Positions 39,997 to 50,178 of a stretch of 58,012 nucleotides of DNA are shown here, in pieces; the stretch's first letter is position 1, and the number at the start of each line of letters is the position of its first letter. The position numbers and the translations under genes were made by a program. The notes under the pieces are model-generated. The model did not search any database, was not told where the DNA came from, and saw only the letters and a list, made by a program, of their open reading frames with translations. Location of the stretch: positions 1 through 58,012 of the forward strand of contig JAHEJM010000013.1 in the NCBI GenBank assembly GCA_024638815.1, read 5' to 3'. The stretch is from Acidimicrobiales bacterium. Lineage in GTDB: Bacteria > Actinomycetota > Acidimicrobiia > Acidimicrobiales > SZUA-35.

Positions 39997-41334
39997 ATGC
40001 ACGTGGTGATTATTGGAGCGGGTGAGGTCGGAGGCTATCTGGCCGAGCGCCTTGCTGCCGAGGGTCAGGACATCGTGGTGATCGAGACCGACGCCGCCAG
40101 GGCGGCCCAGGTCTCAGCCGAACTGGACATTCAGGTACTGGTGGGGAGTGGAACCAGTCCCAGCATCCTGCAGGAGGCCGGGATCGACCGGGCGTCGTTG
40201 GTGGCCGCCGTGACCCAGAACGACGAGGTCAATCTGGTGGCCTCGATGTTGGCCAAACAGCACGGCGTGGACACCACCGTGGTCCGGGTCGAGTCCGACG
40301 AGCTGAGAGGTGACGACGGCACCAAGCTGCTGCGCCGGGTCGGGGCCGACGTGGTCATCGACCCCGACGCCGAGACCGCGGATGAGATTCTGGAGCTGGT
40401 TCACTCGACCGGGGCCGATGAGGTGTATCCCATGGCCAATGGGGAACTGGTCGTTCTCGGTGCCTTCGTCAGCGAGCATGCCCCGGTTGCCGGAAAGACC
40501 TTGGGCCAGATCGGGGCCGAGCATGATGTGCTGGTCGGAGCGATCAGTCGAGGATCGGAGACCATCATCCCCGGGGGCGATCAGGTTCTGCGCTCCGGCG
40601 ATCACGTGCGGGTCCTGTGCCGGGCCGCCGAACAGACCGATGTGCTGAAGCTGATGGGGGTCGAGTCCCGGCGAGCCCGGAGGGCCATGATTCTGGGCGG
40701 TGGCGCAGTCGGCTCCCGGGTGGCCGAACATCTTGAATACGAGGGTGTGGACGTCGTCCTGGTCGAGCGGGATCCAACGCGGGCCCGCTCGCTGGCCAAC
40801 CGGTTCCGTCGCGTCACCGTCATCGAGGGCGACGTCACCGACACCAACCTGTTGTTGGAGGAGGGGGCCGGCGATCGTGATGTGGTCGTGGCCGCAACCG
40901 GCGAGGATGCCTCAAACGTCCTGGCCTGTGCCTTTGCCATGGCCGAGGGCAGCCCATTCACCGTTGCCGTTCTCCACCGGCTGGCCCTGCTCCCCCTGGT
41001 GCGTCGCCTGGGCATCGACGCCACGCTCAGCCCCCGCACCGCATCGGCCAACGCCGTGCTCCGCAGCCTACGAGGCGGGGTGACCGCGGTGGCCACCTTC
41101 CTCGAGGGTGATGCCGAGGTCGATGAGGTCGAGATCGCATTCGGTAGTCCGGCCGACGGTTCCCTCGTCTCGGAGCTGCACTTGCCGAAGGACATCCTCA
41201 TCGGGGCGGTGATCCGGCCTGGACGCCCGGCCGAGATCGTGCGGGGTGGTACCGCCCTGCAGGCCGAGGACCACATCGTGGTGTTCGGCCGCCCAAGCTC
41301 GCTGGCCGAGGCAAGATCGTTCTTCGGTTCGTGA
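39997..41334 (+). CDS. trkA: Trk potassium uptake NAD-binding subunit
   Basis: Two RCK units with IIGAGEVG and ILGGGAVG, DEVNL. Confidence 0.92.
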   Translation: MHVVIIGAGEVGGYLAERLAAEGQDIVVIETDAARAAQVSAELDIQVLVGSGTSPSILQEAGIDRASLVAAVTQNDEVNLVASMLAKQHGVDTTVVRVESDELRGDDGTKLLRRVGADVVIDPDAETADEILELVHSTGADEVYPMANGELVVLGAFVSEHAPVAGKTLGQIGAEHDVLVGAISRGSETIIPGGDQVLRSGDHVRVLCRAAEQTDVLKLMGVESRRARRAMILGGGAVGSRVAEHLEYEGVDVVLVERDPTRARSLANRFRRVTVIEGDVTDTNLLLEEGAGDRDVVVAATGEDASNVLACAFAMAEGSPFTVAVLHRLALLPLVRRLGIDATLSPRTASANAVLRSLRGGVTAVATFLEGDAEVDEVEIAFGSPADGSLVSELHLPKDILIGAVIRPGRPAEIVRGGTALQAEDHIVVFGRPSSLAEARSFFGS

Positions 41335-42872
41335 TGGTCAACGGGGATCGACCCAGCCTCATCGCCCAGGTGGTCGGTCTGACGTTGGCCATCTGCGGCG
41401 GGGGAATGGTCACCTCGGCCGTGGTCGAAGTCGTGTACGGGAACACAGCCGACTGGGTCGTTCTCCTCGGAGTCGGGGCCATCACCGCGGCTACCGGTCT
41501 GATCACCCGGGTGCTGACCTCGGTACCGGATCGCACGCCCCGACTCGACGTGTTTGTTGCCGTGACCTCGGCCTGGGTGGTCATGGCCTTCGTCGGTGCC
41601 GTGCCCTACCTGTTGACGGGCACTCTGACCGCACTTGATCAGGCGCTGTTCGAGTCGGTCGCAGGTTTCACCACCACCGGCTCCACGGTGCTCCAGGCGG
41701 CGGCATCCGACCCCACCACCTTCGAGGCCTCGGTCGGGCTGTTGTTCTGGCGATCGACCACCCAGTGGTTGGGCGGCATGGGGGTCATTGTGCTCATCGT
41801 CGCCGTGTTGCCCTCGGTCGGCACCTGGGGCATGGGCCTCCTGCAGGCCGAGGCGCCGGGGCCGACGGGCGAGCGCCTCACGCCCAAGGTCAGGGACACG
41901 GCCCAGCACCTGTGGGCCGTCTACATCGTGTTCACCATTGCCGTCATCGTCGCCTACCTGCTGGCCGGCATGAACCTCTATGACGCCGTCAGTCACAGCT
42001 TCACCACCGTCTCCACGGGCGGGTTTTCTCGCCACACCCTTTCGCTTCGCCATTTCGACTCGGCCCTGATCGAATGGGTGGCCGTCGCCGCCATGTTCGT
42101 GGCCGGGACCAGTTTCACGCTGCTGTACCGGCTGGCGCGGGGCAAGACCGGTCCGCTGCTCAAGTCCATCGAGTTCCGCCTGTACGTGCTGTTGGTGCTG
42201 GCGGCGAGCGTCGTCGTCTTCATCACAGCCGGACCCGACCATCGCACGCTGACAGGGTTCCGTGACGCCATGTTCACCGTGGTCGCCATCGTCTCCACCA
42301 CCGGGTACGGAACAGCCGACTTCGTCGGTTCGTGGGCCCCGGCGGCGCAGGCCGTGCTCCTGGTACTGATGCCGATCGGGGCCATGGCCGGATCGACCGC
42401 AGGTGGGGTCAAGCTGATCCGGGTGCTGGCCGTGGCCAGCCTGGCCCACCGGGAGACCCTCGGCCAGCTGCACCAGAACCTCGTTCGGCCGGTGCGGGTG
42501 GGTCACGACACCGTGGACGACGTCGTCACCAATCGGGTCGTCGGCTTCCTGATCCTGACCCTGGCCGCCTTCGGTGGAGGGGGGTTGTTGATCGCCCTGA
42601 CCGGCACCGATATCGTCACCGCCTTCTCGGCGTCCGCCACCACTATCGGTAACGTCGGTCCCGGTCTGGCCGAAGTCGGTCCACGCAGCGATTTCGCCGG
42701 GCTGACCCCGTTCGCCCGGCTGGTATGTGTGGCCAACATGCTGCTCGGTCGCCTCGAGATCTATCCCATACTTCTGGCCCTGGTGAAGCTGCCCATTCCG
42801 CGGGCTCGGCCCACCATGGCCCGTCTCTTCCGTCGTCCCAACCGGTTCGGTTCCGGAGTCCACGTCTCGTAG
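41331..42872 (+). CDS. trkH: Trk potassium uptake membrane subunit
   Basis: [49 protein letters not shown]. Confidence 0.95.
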   Translation: MMVNGDRPSLIAQVVGLTLAICGGGMVTSAVVEVVYGNTADWVVLLGVGAITAATGLITRVLTSVPDRTPRLDVFVAVTSAWVVMAFVGAVPYLLTGTLTALDQALFESVAGFTTTGSTVLQAAASDPTTFEASVGLLFWRSTTQWLGGMGVIVLIVAVLPSVGTWGMGLLQAEAPGPTGERLTPKVRDTAQHLWAVYIVFTIAVIVAYLLAGMNLYDAVSHSFTTVSTGGFSRHTLSLRHFDSALIEWVAVAAMFVAGTSFTLLYRLARGKTGPLLKSIEFRLYVLLVLAASVVVFITAGPDHRTLTGFRDAMFTVVAIVSTTGYGTADFVGSWAPAAQAVLLVLMPIGAMAGSTAGGVKLIRVLAVASLAHRETLGQLHQNLVRPVRVGHDTVDDVVTNRVVGFLILTLAAFGGGGLLIALTGTDIVTAFSASATTIGNVGPGLAEVGPRSDFAGLTPFARLVCVANMLLGRLEIYPILLALVKLPIPRARPTMARLFRRPNRFGSGVHVS

Positions 42873-42946
42873 CCGCCCGGCTGGGACGGCCGGAGAAGTT
42901 CGCACGGTTGGATGCGACGTCGGTCGGAGATGGCTAGGTTTGGGCC

Positions 42947-43741
42947 GTGCGTGAAAACAGTCTGAAGACCAGATGGCGGGACGGCGAATCGGCGCTCGGT
43001 CTGTGGTTGGCCACTCCCGATCCGGCGGCGGCCGAGCCCCTCGGGCAGGTGGGCTATGACTACATCTGTCTCGACCTGCAGCACGGGCTCATCGGCTACG
43101 AGTCGGTGGTTCCGATCCTGCAGGCATTGTCCCGCTCCGACTCGATACCCCTGGCTCGGGCCCCATGGAACGAACCGGGAATCATCGGCAAGCTGCTGGA
43201 CGCCGGCGCCATGGGGGTGATCCTGCCCATGGTCAACGATCGGGACCAGGCGGTTCAGGCTGTCCGCTCCTGCCGATACCCGCCGGATGGCGCCCGTAGC
43301 TGGGGCCCGACCAGGGCCAACCCCGCTCTCGGTGGCGGTTACTATGACGATGCCAACACCCGGATCGCCTGCATCCCCATGATCGAGACCAGGGAGGCGG
43401 TCGAGCATCTGAACGACATCTTGTCGGTCGACGGTGTCGACGCCGTCTACGTCGGCCCGGCCGATCTGGCCGTGAGCTACGGCCTGCCGCCGGCCACCGA
43501 TCACCCCAACTCGCCGGTCTATCAGGAAGCCCTGGCCACCATCGTCGAACGGTGTCGAGCCCACGACGTGATCCCCGGCATCCACACAGTTCCCACCATG
43601 GTGCAGACCCGCCTCGACCAGGGGTTCCGCATGGTCACAGTGACCTCGAACCTGATCGCTCAGCTCGACGGCGCCCGCTCCTCGCTTGAAACGGCCCGAT
43701 CCACCGGATCGGACCCCGCCTCCGGGGGATCGATGTACTGA
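42947..43741 (+). CDS. HpcH/HpaI aldolase family protein
   Basis: GYDYICLDLQHG, LDAGA.GVI.PMV, RYPP.G.R, MIET, VYVGPADL. Confidence 0.92.
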   Translation: MRENSLKTRWRDGESALGLWLATPDPAAAEPLGQVGYDYICLDLQHGLIGYESVVPILQALSRSDSIPLARAPWNEPGIIGKLLDAGAMGVILPMVNDRDQAVQAVRSCRYPPDGARSWGPTRANPALGGGYYDDANTRIACIPMIETREAVEHLNDILSVDGVDAVYVGPADLAVSYGLPPATDHPNSPVYQEALATIVERCRAHDVIPGIHTVPTMVQTRLDQGFRMVTVTSNLIAQLDGARSSLETARSTGSDPASGGSMY

Positions 43742-43788
43742 GTTCAGGCCAGGATCGGACGACATGGTCGGACGCCCGACGGTCGGGG

Positions 43789-44466
43789 TCAGGAGCCCGG
43801 CAAATCGGGGATGGCCCAGTCGATCGGCTGTCGTCCACCCTCGACCAGGGCGTCATTGATGGCCGAGAACGGCCGGGAGCCGAAAAACCCGCGGTGGGCC
43901 GAGAGTGGTGAGGGATGGGGCGACTCCACCACCACATGCCGGTCGAGATCGATCAGGGCCTTCTTCTTCCTGGCCGATGACCCCCACAGCACGAACACCA
44001 CCCGGTCCGGTTTGGCCGACACGGCCCGAATGACCTGATCGGTGAACGCCTCCCAACCCTTGCCGTGATGAGAGCCGGCCTTATGGGCACGAACGGTGAG
44101 AGTGGTGTTCAGCAACAGCACCCCCTGGCGGGCCCAATGCTCCAGCGAACCGTGGTTGGGTCGGGGAACGCCGAGATCGGATTCCAGCTCCCGGAAGATG
44201 TTGTCCAATGACGGCGGGACGGCCACCCCGGGCCGGACGGAAAAGCACAGCCCGTGGGCCTGGCCCGTACCGTGATAGGGATCCTGGCCCACGATGAGCA
44301 CCTTGACCGAGGCGTAGGGGGTCATGCGGAGGGCGGCGAAGACTTCGTCATGGGGCGGAAAGACCTGGTGGTTCGTTCGTTCCCGGTGGACGAACTGCTG
44401 AAGCTCCGACCAATACGGCTTGTCGAATTCCTGACGAAGAATGGGATTCCAGTCGGTCTTGGTCAC
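43789..44466 (-). CDS. ung: Uracil-DNA glycosylase (family 1)
   Basis: GQDPYH, AHGLCFSV, PPSL.NI, GVLLLN, LWG, HPSPLS. Confidence 0.96.
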   Translation of the reverse strand: MTKTDWNPILRQEFDKPYWSELQQFVHRERTNHQVFPPHDEVFAALRMTPYASVKVLIVGQDPYHGTGQAHGLCFSVRPGVAVPPSLDNIFRELESDLGVPRPNHGSLEHWARQGVLLLNTTLTVRAHKAGSHHGKGWEAFTDQVIRAVSAKPDRVVFVLWGSSARKKKALIDLDRHVVVESPHPSPLSAHRGFFGSRPFSAINDALVEGGRQPIDWAIPDLPGS

Positions 44467-44678
44467 GGGGTCAGGGTAGCGTCGCCGCCCTCCGCCCCCC
44501 GGCCGGATCCGACCTTCCGGCCGGGCTTGAGCCGACTTGCCACTCGACGCCGACCGGTCCCGCTCGAGGGGGTAAACGGTGGGCAAATGCCCGGTCCGGG
44601 GGCCACCACCTGCCACCGAAGCCGTTAACCTGGGCGAGTGCATTCGGCAAGGTCGGTTGGTTACCCGACGTCGGCTCA

Positions 44679-45974
44679 GTGGAGATGCTGCTGCTTGTGA
44701 TCGAGAAGCTCAATCCCGGTGGGGCGCGCCCCCTTTTGCTGGCGTTGATGCTGGTGCTTTTCGGCTGCTCCTCGGACCGTGATGGGCAGGCGGCCGATGC
44801 CGTGCTGGGCGAACCGGCCGCCGGTACCGGAGCAGTCGAGACCGAGGTGGCCGCCCCGATCGGCCCAACGGTCGAACTCGACGCCACCGTTGTCGACGCC
44901 GACGGTCAGATCGCCGACCTACTGGCCTCCATGACGGTGGAGCAGAAGATCGGACAGCTTCTGATGCCTGTCCTGTCGGGAACCAGCGCCTCGGTGGTGG
45001 ATGCCGACGCCGCCGCCTTGAACCAGGACGCCACCGGGCTCGAACAGCCGGCCGAGATCGTCGATCGATTCAATCTGGGTGGCGTGCTCTATCTGGAGCA
45101 GAACATCGAGTCGGCTGAGCAGCTCCGCCGCTTCACGGCCGATCTCCAGCAGTCGGCGCTGGCCTCGGACGGGCTGGGACTGTTGGTCGCCGTTGATCAG
45201 GAGGGTGGCCGGGTCAATCGGATCACCGACCAGGTCACCGTTTTTCCCTCGGCGCTCACCATGGCCGGTAACGTCGACGGCGTCAGGGAGGCCAGCTACA
45301 TCACCGGCCAGCAGCTGCAGCGCCAGGGCATCAATGTCGTGCTGGCGCCGGTGGCCGATGTGCTCGAACCGGACGAGCCCGGCTTCATCGGTGACCGCTC
45401 CTACGGCGATGACCCCAGGCTTGTGGCCGACATGGTCAAGGCCTCGATCGGCGGCTTGCAACGTTCGGGCGTGGCCGCTGCGGTCAAGCACTGGCCCGGT
45501 CACGGCGCCACCAGTACCGACAGCCATCGGTCGCTTCCCAACCTCGACGTCGATCGTGAACTGTGGGAGCGACGGGAGCGAGTGCCGTTCGATGCCGCGA
45601 TAGCCGAGGAAGTGGCCATCGTGGTCGTTGGCCATCTGGCCGTCCCCGGGTTGGATCAGTCCGGAGAACCGGCCACCGTATCGTCGGTCCTCATCGACCA
45701 GTTGCTGAGGGACGAACTGGGATTCGATGGTGTCGTCATGACCGATGCTCTGAACATGGGGGCCGTCGATCAATTCGACGCCGGTCGGATCGCCGTGGAC
45801 GCCGTGCTGGCGGGGGCCGACATCCTGCTCGTTCCCCCCGACCTGGCTGCCGCCTACGACGCCCTCAATCAGGCCGTGATCGACGGGGAGCTCACGGCTG
45901 ACACCCTGGATCGGGCCGTGGCCCGAGTCCTGACCCTCAAATACAAGCTGGGCCTGCTACCGGCAACCACCTGA
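44679..45974 (+). CDS. nagZ: GH3 beta-N-acetylhexosaminidase lipoprotein
   Basis: Lipobox LFGC, DQEGGRV, APVADV, KHWPGHGATSTDSH, TDALNMGA; start uncertain. Confidence 0.85.
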   Translation: MEMLLLVIEKLNPGGARPLLLALMLVLFGCSSDRDGQAADAVLGEPAAGTGAVETEVAAPIGPTVELDATVVDADGQIADLLASMTVEQKIGQLLMPVLSGTSASVVDADAAALNQDATGLEQPAEIVDRFNLGGVLYLEQNIESAEQLRRFTADLQQSALASDGLGLLVAVDQEGGRVNRITDQVTVFPSALTMAGNVDGVREASYITGQQLQRQGINVVLAPVADVLEPDEPGFIGDRSYGDDPRLVADMVKASIGGLQRSGVAAAVKHWPGHGATSTDSHRSLPNLDVDRELWERRERVPFDAAIAEEVAIVVVGHLAVPGLDQSGEPATVSSVLIDQLLRDELGFDGVVMTDALNMGAVDQFDAGRIAVDAVLAGADILLVPPDLAAAYDALNQAVIDGELTADTLDRAVARVLTLKYKLGLLPATT

Positions 45975-46089
45975 GCGGGAAGCACTGCCCTGCCGGCTCC
46001 CACGGTGTCAGTGGCAGCGGGCACCACGGCTGGAGCCGGGAGAGGCGCCTCGTCCTGGTTCCGGTGAAAGCGACGGGTTTCCGGCGGGT

Positions 46090-46590
46090 TCAGCCGACGC
46101 CGCCGCCGCCGTCGGTACCGTCGGGAATAGTGGTCGACAGCTCGGTCGCCGTGGTGGTGGTGGACAACGTCGTAGTGGTCGAACCGGTGGACGACGTCGT
46201 GGTCGATGGCTCGGTGGTCGTGGTGGTCGTGGTGGCGGCCGTTGTGGTGGTGGTGGCCTGGGTCGATGACGTGATGACCGATCCGGAGCCGGTGGTCGGG
46301 GCCGCCGGCACGATCAGATCGTCGTCGTCACCGGGAACGATCTTCCCTATGGGTTGGCTACGATCCCTGGAACCAATGGTGGGACCGGTCGCATGGGTCG
46401 GGGTGGTCGTTGTCGACAGGTCGTCGCCCGGCTGACCGGAGTCGGCCGGGCCTACCTGGCCGCCGGACTCCGCCGAGACCGCCTGCAACGCCAAGGGCGC
46501 AGCCGCAGCCACCGCGATGGCTGCCGACAGTGACAGCGCCAGCAGGAAGCGACCCCTGCCTGCAGGTTGGTCTTGACGTTGCACGTACAT
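46090..46590 (-). CDS. Secreted/anchored Thr-rich low-complexity protein
   Basis: Signal-like N-terminus and poly-Thr tract; no catalytic domain seen. Confidence 0.55.
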   Translation of the reverse strand: MYVQRQDQPAGRGRFLLALSLSAAIAVAAAAPLALQAVSAESGGQVGPADSGQPGDDLSTTTTPTHATGPTIGSRDRSQPIGKIVPGDDDDLIVPAAPTTGSGSVITSSTQATTTTTAATTTTTTTEPSTTTSSTGSTTTTLSTTTTATELSTTIPDGTDGGGGVG

Positions 46591-46840
46591 GCGAAAAATC
46601 CGTGTGGTCAGGTCCGGCGGACCACCTCAGTGATCGTTTCTAGCGGATTCCTTCAGGTGATATTCGGCTGCGGGATGAATCGCCCACAGGTGGACTTCCC
46701 CAGTTGATGGCTGTCCCTCGGGCCGGCCGGCGACGCTGTCCCCGAGGATCAACCAGCGGTGGTAAAGGGCGGTTACCCGTCATTCTAGGCCGATTCGGCC
46801 CGTGTCGGGCGAGATGTCGACAAGGTTGTCGCCGTGGTGT

Positions 46841-48040
46841 TCAGGCCGGTTCCGACAACCAGCTCAGATAGACGTCGGCGCAACGGTCCATTTCGTCGAT
46901 GTCGATCCATTCGATGGCCTTGTGAGCCTGATCGATGGAACCCGGACCGAATACCACGAGCTGGGTGTCGAGCCCGGTGTAGGCCAGGGCGTTGGTGCCA
47001 TAGGTGGCGACCGACGGCGTGCAGCCGGAGTGTCGGGTCAGCTCATGAACGATCTCGGAATCCGGAGACTGGTAGAAACCGGGCCATAGCACGCCATCGC
47101 TCTTCACCACCTCGACCTGGAGCGGCGCCGCAGCCTCCTCGACCAGGGCCTGCAGATCGTCGAACATGATCTCGGTGTCCTCACCCGGCGCCACCCGCCG
47201 CCCGGCGAAAACGACGCACCGATCGGGGATGATGTTGCGGGCCGTACCGCCCGAGATTTCGGTGACCGACAGGGTCCCGGTACCGACCTTGGTGGCCGGT
47301 GGAGCGGAGATCAGCCGTTCGTTCTCCCGCTCCAGAGCGGCGATGACCCGCCCGGCGGCATTGATGGCGTTGGCCCCCAACTCCGGTTTGGACGAGTGGG
47401 CGGCCTGTCCCCGAATGTCGATCTCGAGACCGAGCACCCCCTTGTGGCCGTGAACCGGGGCGCACAGCGTCGGCTCGGCCACCACCACCTGGTCCGGGAC
47501 CCGGTCGAGAGTGGTCAGCCACCGTTCGAACGCCTGGGCACCGGGGAAGCCTCCGGTCTCCTCACCCACGGTTCCCACCAGCAGCATCGTGGGTCGAAGC
47601 CCCCGCTTCAGATCGGTGAGGCTCTCCAGCATTTCGATGACCACGGCCAGTGTGGCCTTGGTGTCGACGCTGCCCCTTCCATAGACACGACCGTCGGCCT
47701 GGCGACCGTCGAATGGGTCGTCGGTCATGTGCTCGATCCCAACCGTGTCGAGATGTACGTCGATGACGACCGTGCGGTCGGTGGACCCGTCGAACCGGCA
47801 GTACACATTCGGTCGACCCGGAGCCGCTTCGTCCAGGGTCACCTCGGCGCCCAGACCTCGGCAGTGCTCGGCCACCAGATGGGCCAGATCGGCCTCGCCT
47901 CCCGGCCCGGACCGGGGACCGGCCTGGAGTGGGTTGACGCTGTTGACGGCAACCATCTCCGACAGCAGGTCGGCACGACGCTGACGTCGCCCGGCGCCGT
48001 CGAGCCGAAGCGGGTCGGATCCGGACACAGACGAGACCAT
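46841..48040 (-). CDS. M20 metallopeptidase (ArgE/DapE-like deacylase)
   Basis: GRPNV, HLDTV, YGRGSVDTK, GEE, AEPT, GQAAHSS, FGPGSI.QAH. Confidence 0.92.
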   Translation of the reverse strand: MVSSVSGSDPLRLDGAGRRQRRADLLSEMVAVNSVNPLQAGPRSGPGGEADLAHLVAEHCRGLGAEVTLDEAAPGRPNVYCRFDGSTDRTVVIDVHLDTVGIEHMTDDPFDGRQADGRVYGRGSVDTKATLAVVIEMLESLTDLKRGLRPTMLLVGTVGEETGGFPGAQAFERWLTTLDRVPDQVVVAEPTLCAPVHGHKGVLGLEIDIRGQAAHSSKPELGANAINAAGRVIAALERENERLISAPPATKVGTGTLSVTEISGGTARNIIPDRCVVFAGRRVAPGEDTEIMFDDLQALVEEAAAPLQVEVVKSDGVLWPGFYQSPDSEIVHELTRHSGCTPSVATYGTNALAYTGLDTQLVVFGPGSIDQAHKAIEWIDIDEMDRCADVYLSWLSEPA

Positions 48041-48129
48041 GTCCCAACAGTAGTGGCCGATCGGGAAAATGTTCGCAACCGCCCGGCGTCGGGTGGAAGC
48101 CCCCGGCCGATTGGCCCATACTGCAGCCC

Positions 48130-48822
48130 GTGGATGGATTGTCGGGAGATTCGGCAGGGCCGGTGACGCCGACGCCCGTGCTGCCGCCTGGTCTGGTGGT
48201 CGACGACGGATCCGAGCCCCTTCCGTCATCGCACCCGTCGCCCGCGGTCGGCTTGCCCATGGACAAGGCGTGGTGGCGGCGACGGGCCAGAGTTCGCCGG
48301 TCGGCCGTCCCGGTCGATCACGAGGCGTTCTGTCGGACGCTGGCCCGGTTCGTCGAATCGGTTGTCGACCGGGAAACGCGAGTCGTGGTCTACCTGGCCA
48401 TGGGTGACGAGGTCGACCTCGGTCCGGTTGTCGCCGCATCCCATGCTCCCACTGCCCGTTTCGCCGTCACCCGGACACCGGCCGAGGGCTTCGAGCTCAC
48501 GGTGCATCCCTGGGGCTGTGAGATGGAGGAGCATCCCTACGGCTACGCCCAGCCGGTGGCTCACGCCCCCCGAATCGAGATGGGCGAGATCGGGGCATTT
48601 CTGGTACCCGGATTGGCCTTTGACCGACACGGCACCCGGCTCGGTCGGGGCAAGGGATACTACGACCGCCTCCTGGCCCGGGCGCCTCATGCTCTGAAAG
48701 TGGCCATCACCGGCGATTATCTGGTCGACCAGCTACCGTTCGACGACTATGACGTCGTCATGACCCATCTGGCCTTCAGCACCGGTGTGGTCTCGGTGCC
48801 GATGGCAACACCGAGACGGTAG
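48130..48822 (+). CDS. 5-formyltetrahydrofolate cyclo-ligase
   Basis: Y.AM.DEVD, LVPGLAFD..G.RLGRGKGYYDRLL; start may be later (48259). Confidence 0.9.
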   Translation: MDGLSGDSAGPVTPTPVLPPGLVVDDGSEPLPSSHPSPAVGLPMDKAWWRRRARVRRSAVPVDHEAFCRTLARFVESVVDRETRVVVYLAMGDEVDLGPVVAASHAPTARFAVTRTPAEGFELTVHPWGCEMEEHPYGYAQPVAHAPRIEMGEIGAFLVPGLAFDRHGTRLGRGKGYYDRLLARAPHALKVAITGDYLVDQLPFDDYDVVMTHLAFSTGVVSVPMATPRR

Positions 48823-48833
48823 GCGGGAGTCGA

Positions 48834-49295
48834 TCAGCGCTGGGCGGCGGCCAGGTCGGCCAGGACAACCGCAGCGTGGCCGCCGGGGTCGGACACCTCG
48901 TAGTTCGTGACGATCTCGCCCTCGGGGTCGATCAGGTAGCTGATACGCAGGGGAAAGTCGGCGAACTTGTCGTCGGGGTCCCGGATGGCGTGGTAGAGCC
49001 GTCCGACCTCTCCGGAAGGGTCCGACAGGAGCGGGAACGGGAAGTCGTGTGCGTCTTTGAATGCCCGGTTGTCATCCGGTGTGTCGAACGAGATCCCCAG
49101 GATGTCACAACCGGCATCGGTGAACTGCTGGGCCTGGTCACGCAGGCCCTGACCCTGGAGGGTTCAACCCGGTGTGCCGGCTTTGGGGTACCACCACAGC
49201 AGAACCCAATGGCCGCGATGGGACGACAGCGTTACCGGGTTGCCGTCCTGATCGTCGACGGTGAAGTCCGGAGCCTCGGTTCCTACTTCGAGCAT
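48834..49295 (-). CDS. bcp: BCP/PrxQ-type peroxiredoxin, selenocysteine-containing (UGA at codon 44)
   Basis: MLEVGTEAPDF...WYPKAGTPG-UGA-TLQGQGLRD...ILGISFD...FPLLSD...RISYLIDPEG; UGA 49164-49166 occupies the peroxidatic Cys position of PxxxTxxC. Confidence 0.9.
49130..49163 (-). promoter_or_regulatory. Candidate SECIS hairpin of the peroxiredoxin
   Basis: mRNA after UGA: 14 nt, then GGGCCUG-CGUGAC-CAGGCCC (7-bp stem, G second in loop). Confidence 0.6.
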
Positions 49296-49302
49296 GTGCG
49301 GA

Positions 49303-50178
49303 TCACTCTCCTTGTCGAGCGGCTCGTTCGGCCGAAAGTGGAGGCTCCCGATCGTAGTGGCCCGGATCAGGGTGCGACACAGGTTGTTGTCCGAGACGGG
49401 TCCCGGTGGCCGTGGACGGTTCCCCGAGGCCGGGGGCCAGATCGTGGTGTTCGAGCAGCTCGCCGTTCGATAGCAGCGTCTCGGTGGCCATGTCGGCCAC
49501 AATGCGTCCGTCTTCCATCACCACCGAGCGTGGGCACAGGGCGGCGGCCAGGGCCAGGTCGTGGGTGATGATCAGCCGGGTCTGGGCCAGCGGCCGCAGC
49601 AGCTCGACCAGCTGACGGCGTCCTCCGGGGTCGAGTCCGGCCGACGGTTCGTCCAACACCAGCAGGTCGGGATCCATGGCCAACGAGGTGGCGAGGGCAA
49701 CCCGACGTTTCTCCCCCGTACTCAGCCGATGGGGGGGTCGATCGATCAGATGAGCCGCTCCCACCGCAGCCAGGACCCCTTTCACCCGGTCGGCCACATC
49801 GTTGCGGCCAAGGCCGAGATTGCGGGGTCCGAAGGCCACGTCCTCTCGAACGGTCGGCATGAACAGTTGATCGTCGGGATTGGCGAAGACGACCTGGAGC
49901 CGGCGGCGGAGCTCGGCCAGGTTGGAGCCGTCGGCCACGTCGAGGCCCACAACCCTGAGCCGATCGGGAAGCGGAGTCAGCAGGCCGTTCAGGTGCAGCG
50001 CCAGTGTGGTCTTTCCGGCACCGTTTCCACCCAGCAGGGCCACGCTCTCGCCGTGGTGCACCGTCATGGAGACGCCAAGCAACGCCGTCGTCCCGTCCGG
50101 GTAGCGGAAGTCGAGATCCCGAATCTCGATGGCCGGCTCGTCCGACGTGAGCCGGCCCGGCCCGCTGCGGCGATTCAT
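49303..50178 (-). CDS. cbiO: ECF transporter ATPase (CbiO/NikO)
   Basis: GGNGAGKTT, NPDDQLFMPTV.EDVAFG, LSTGEKRR, LDEP. Confidence 0.9.
   Translation of the reverse strand: MNRRSGPGRLTSDEPAIEIRDLDFRYPDGTTALLGVSMTVHHGESVALLGGNGAGKTTLALHLNGLLTPLPDRLRVVGLDVADGSNLAELRRRLQVVFANPDDQLFMPTVREDVAFGPRNLGLGRNDVADRVKGVLAAVGAAHLIDRPPHRLSTGEKRRVALATSLAMDPDLLVLDEPSAGLDPGGRRQLVELLRPLAQTRLIITHDLALAAALCPRSVVMEDGRIVADMATETLLSNGELLEHHDLAPGLGEPSTATGTRLGQQPVSHPDPGHYDREPPLSAERAARQGE

Noticed and set aside
40602-42905. Long antisense ORFs (this 767-aa one and many similar)
   Set aside because: Shadow frames of high-GC genes; the opposite strand has clear family motifs.
46600-46840. c-di-AMP or other known riboswitch
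   Set aside because: Conserved core motifs were not found on either strand.
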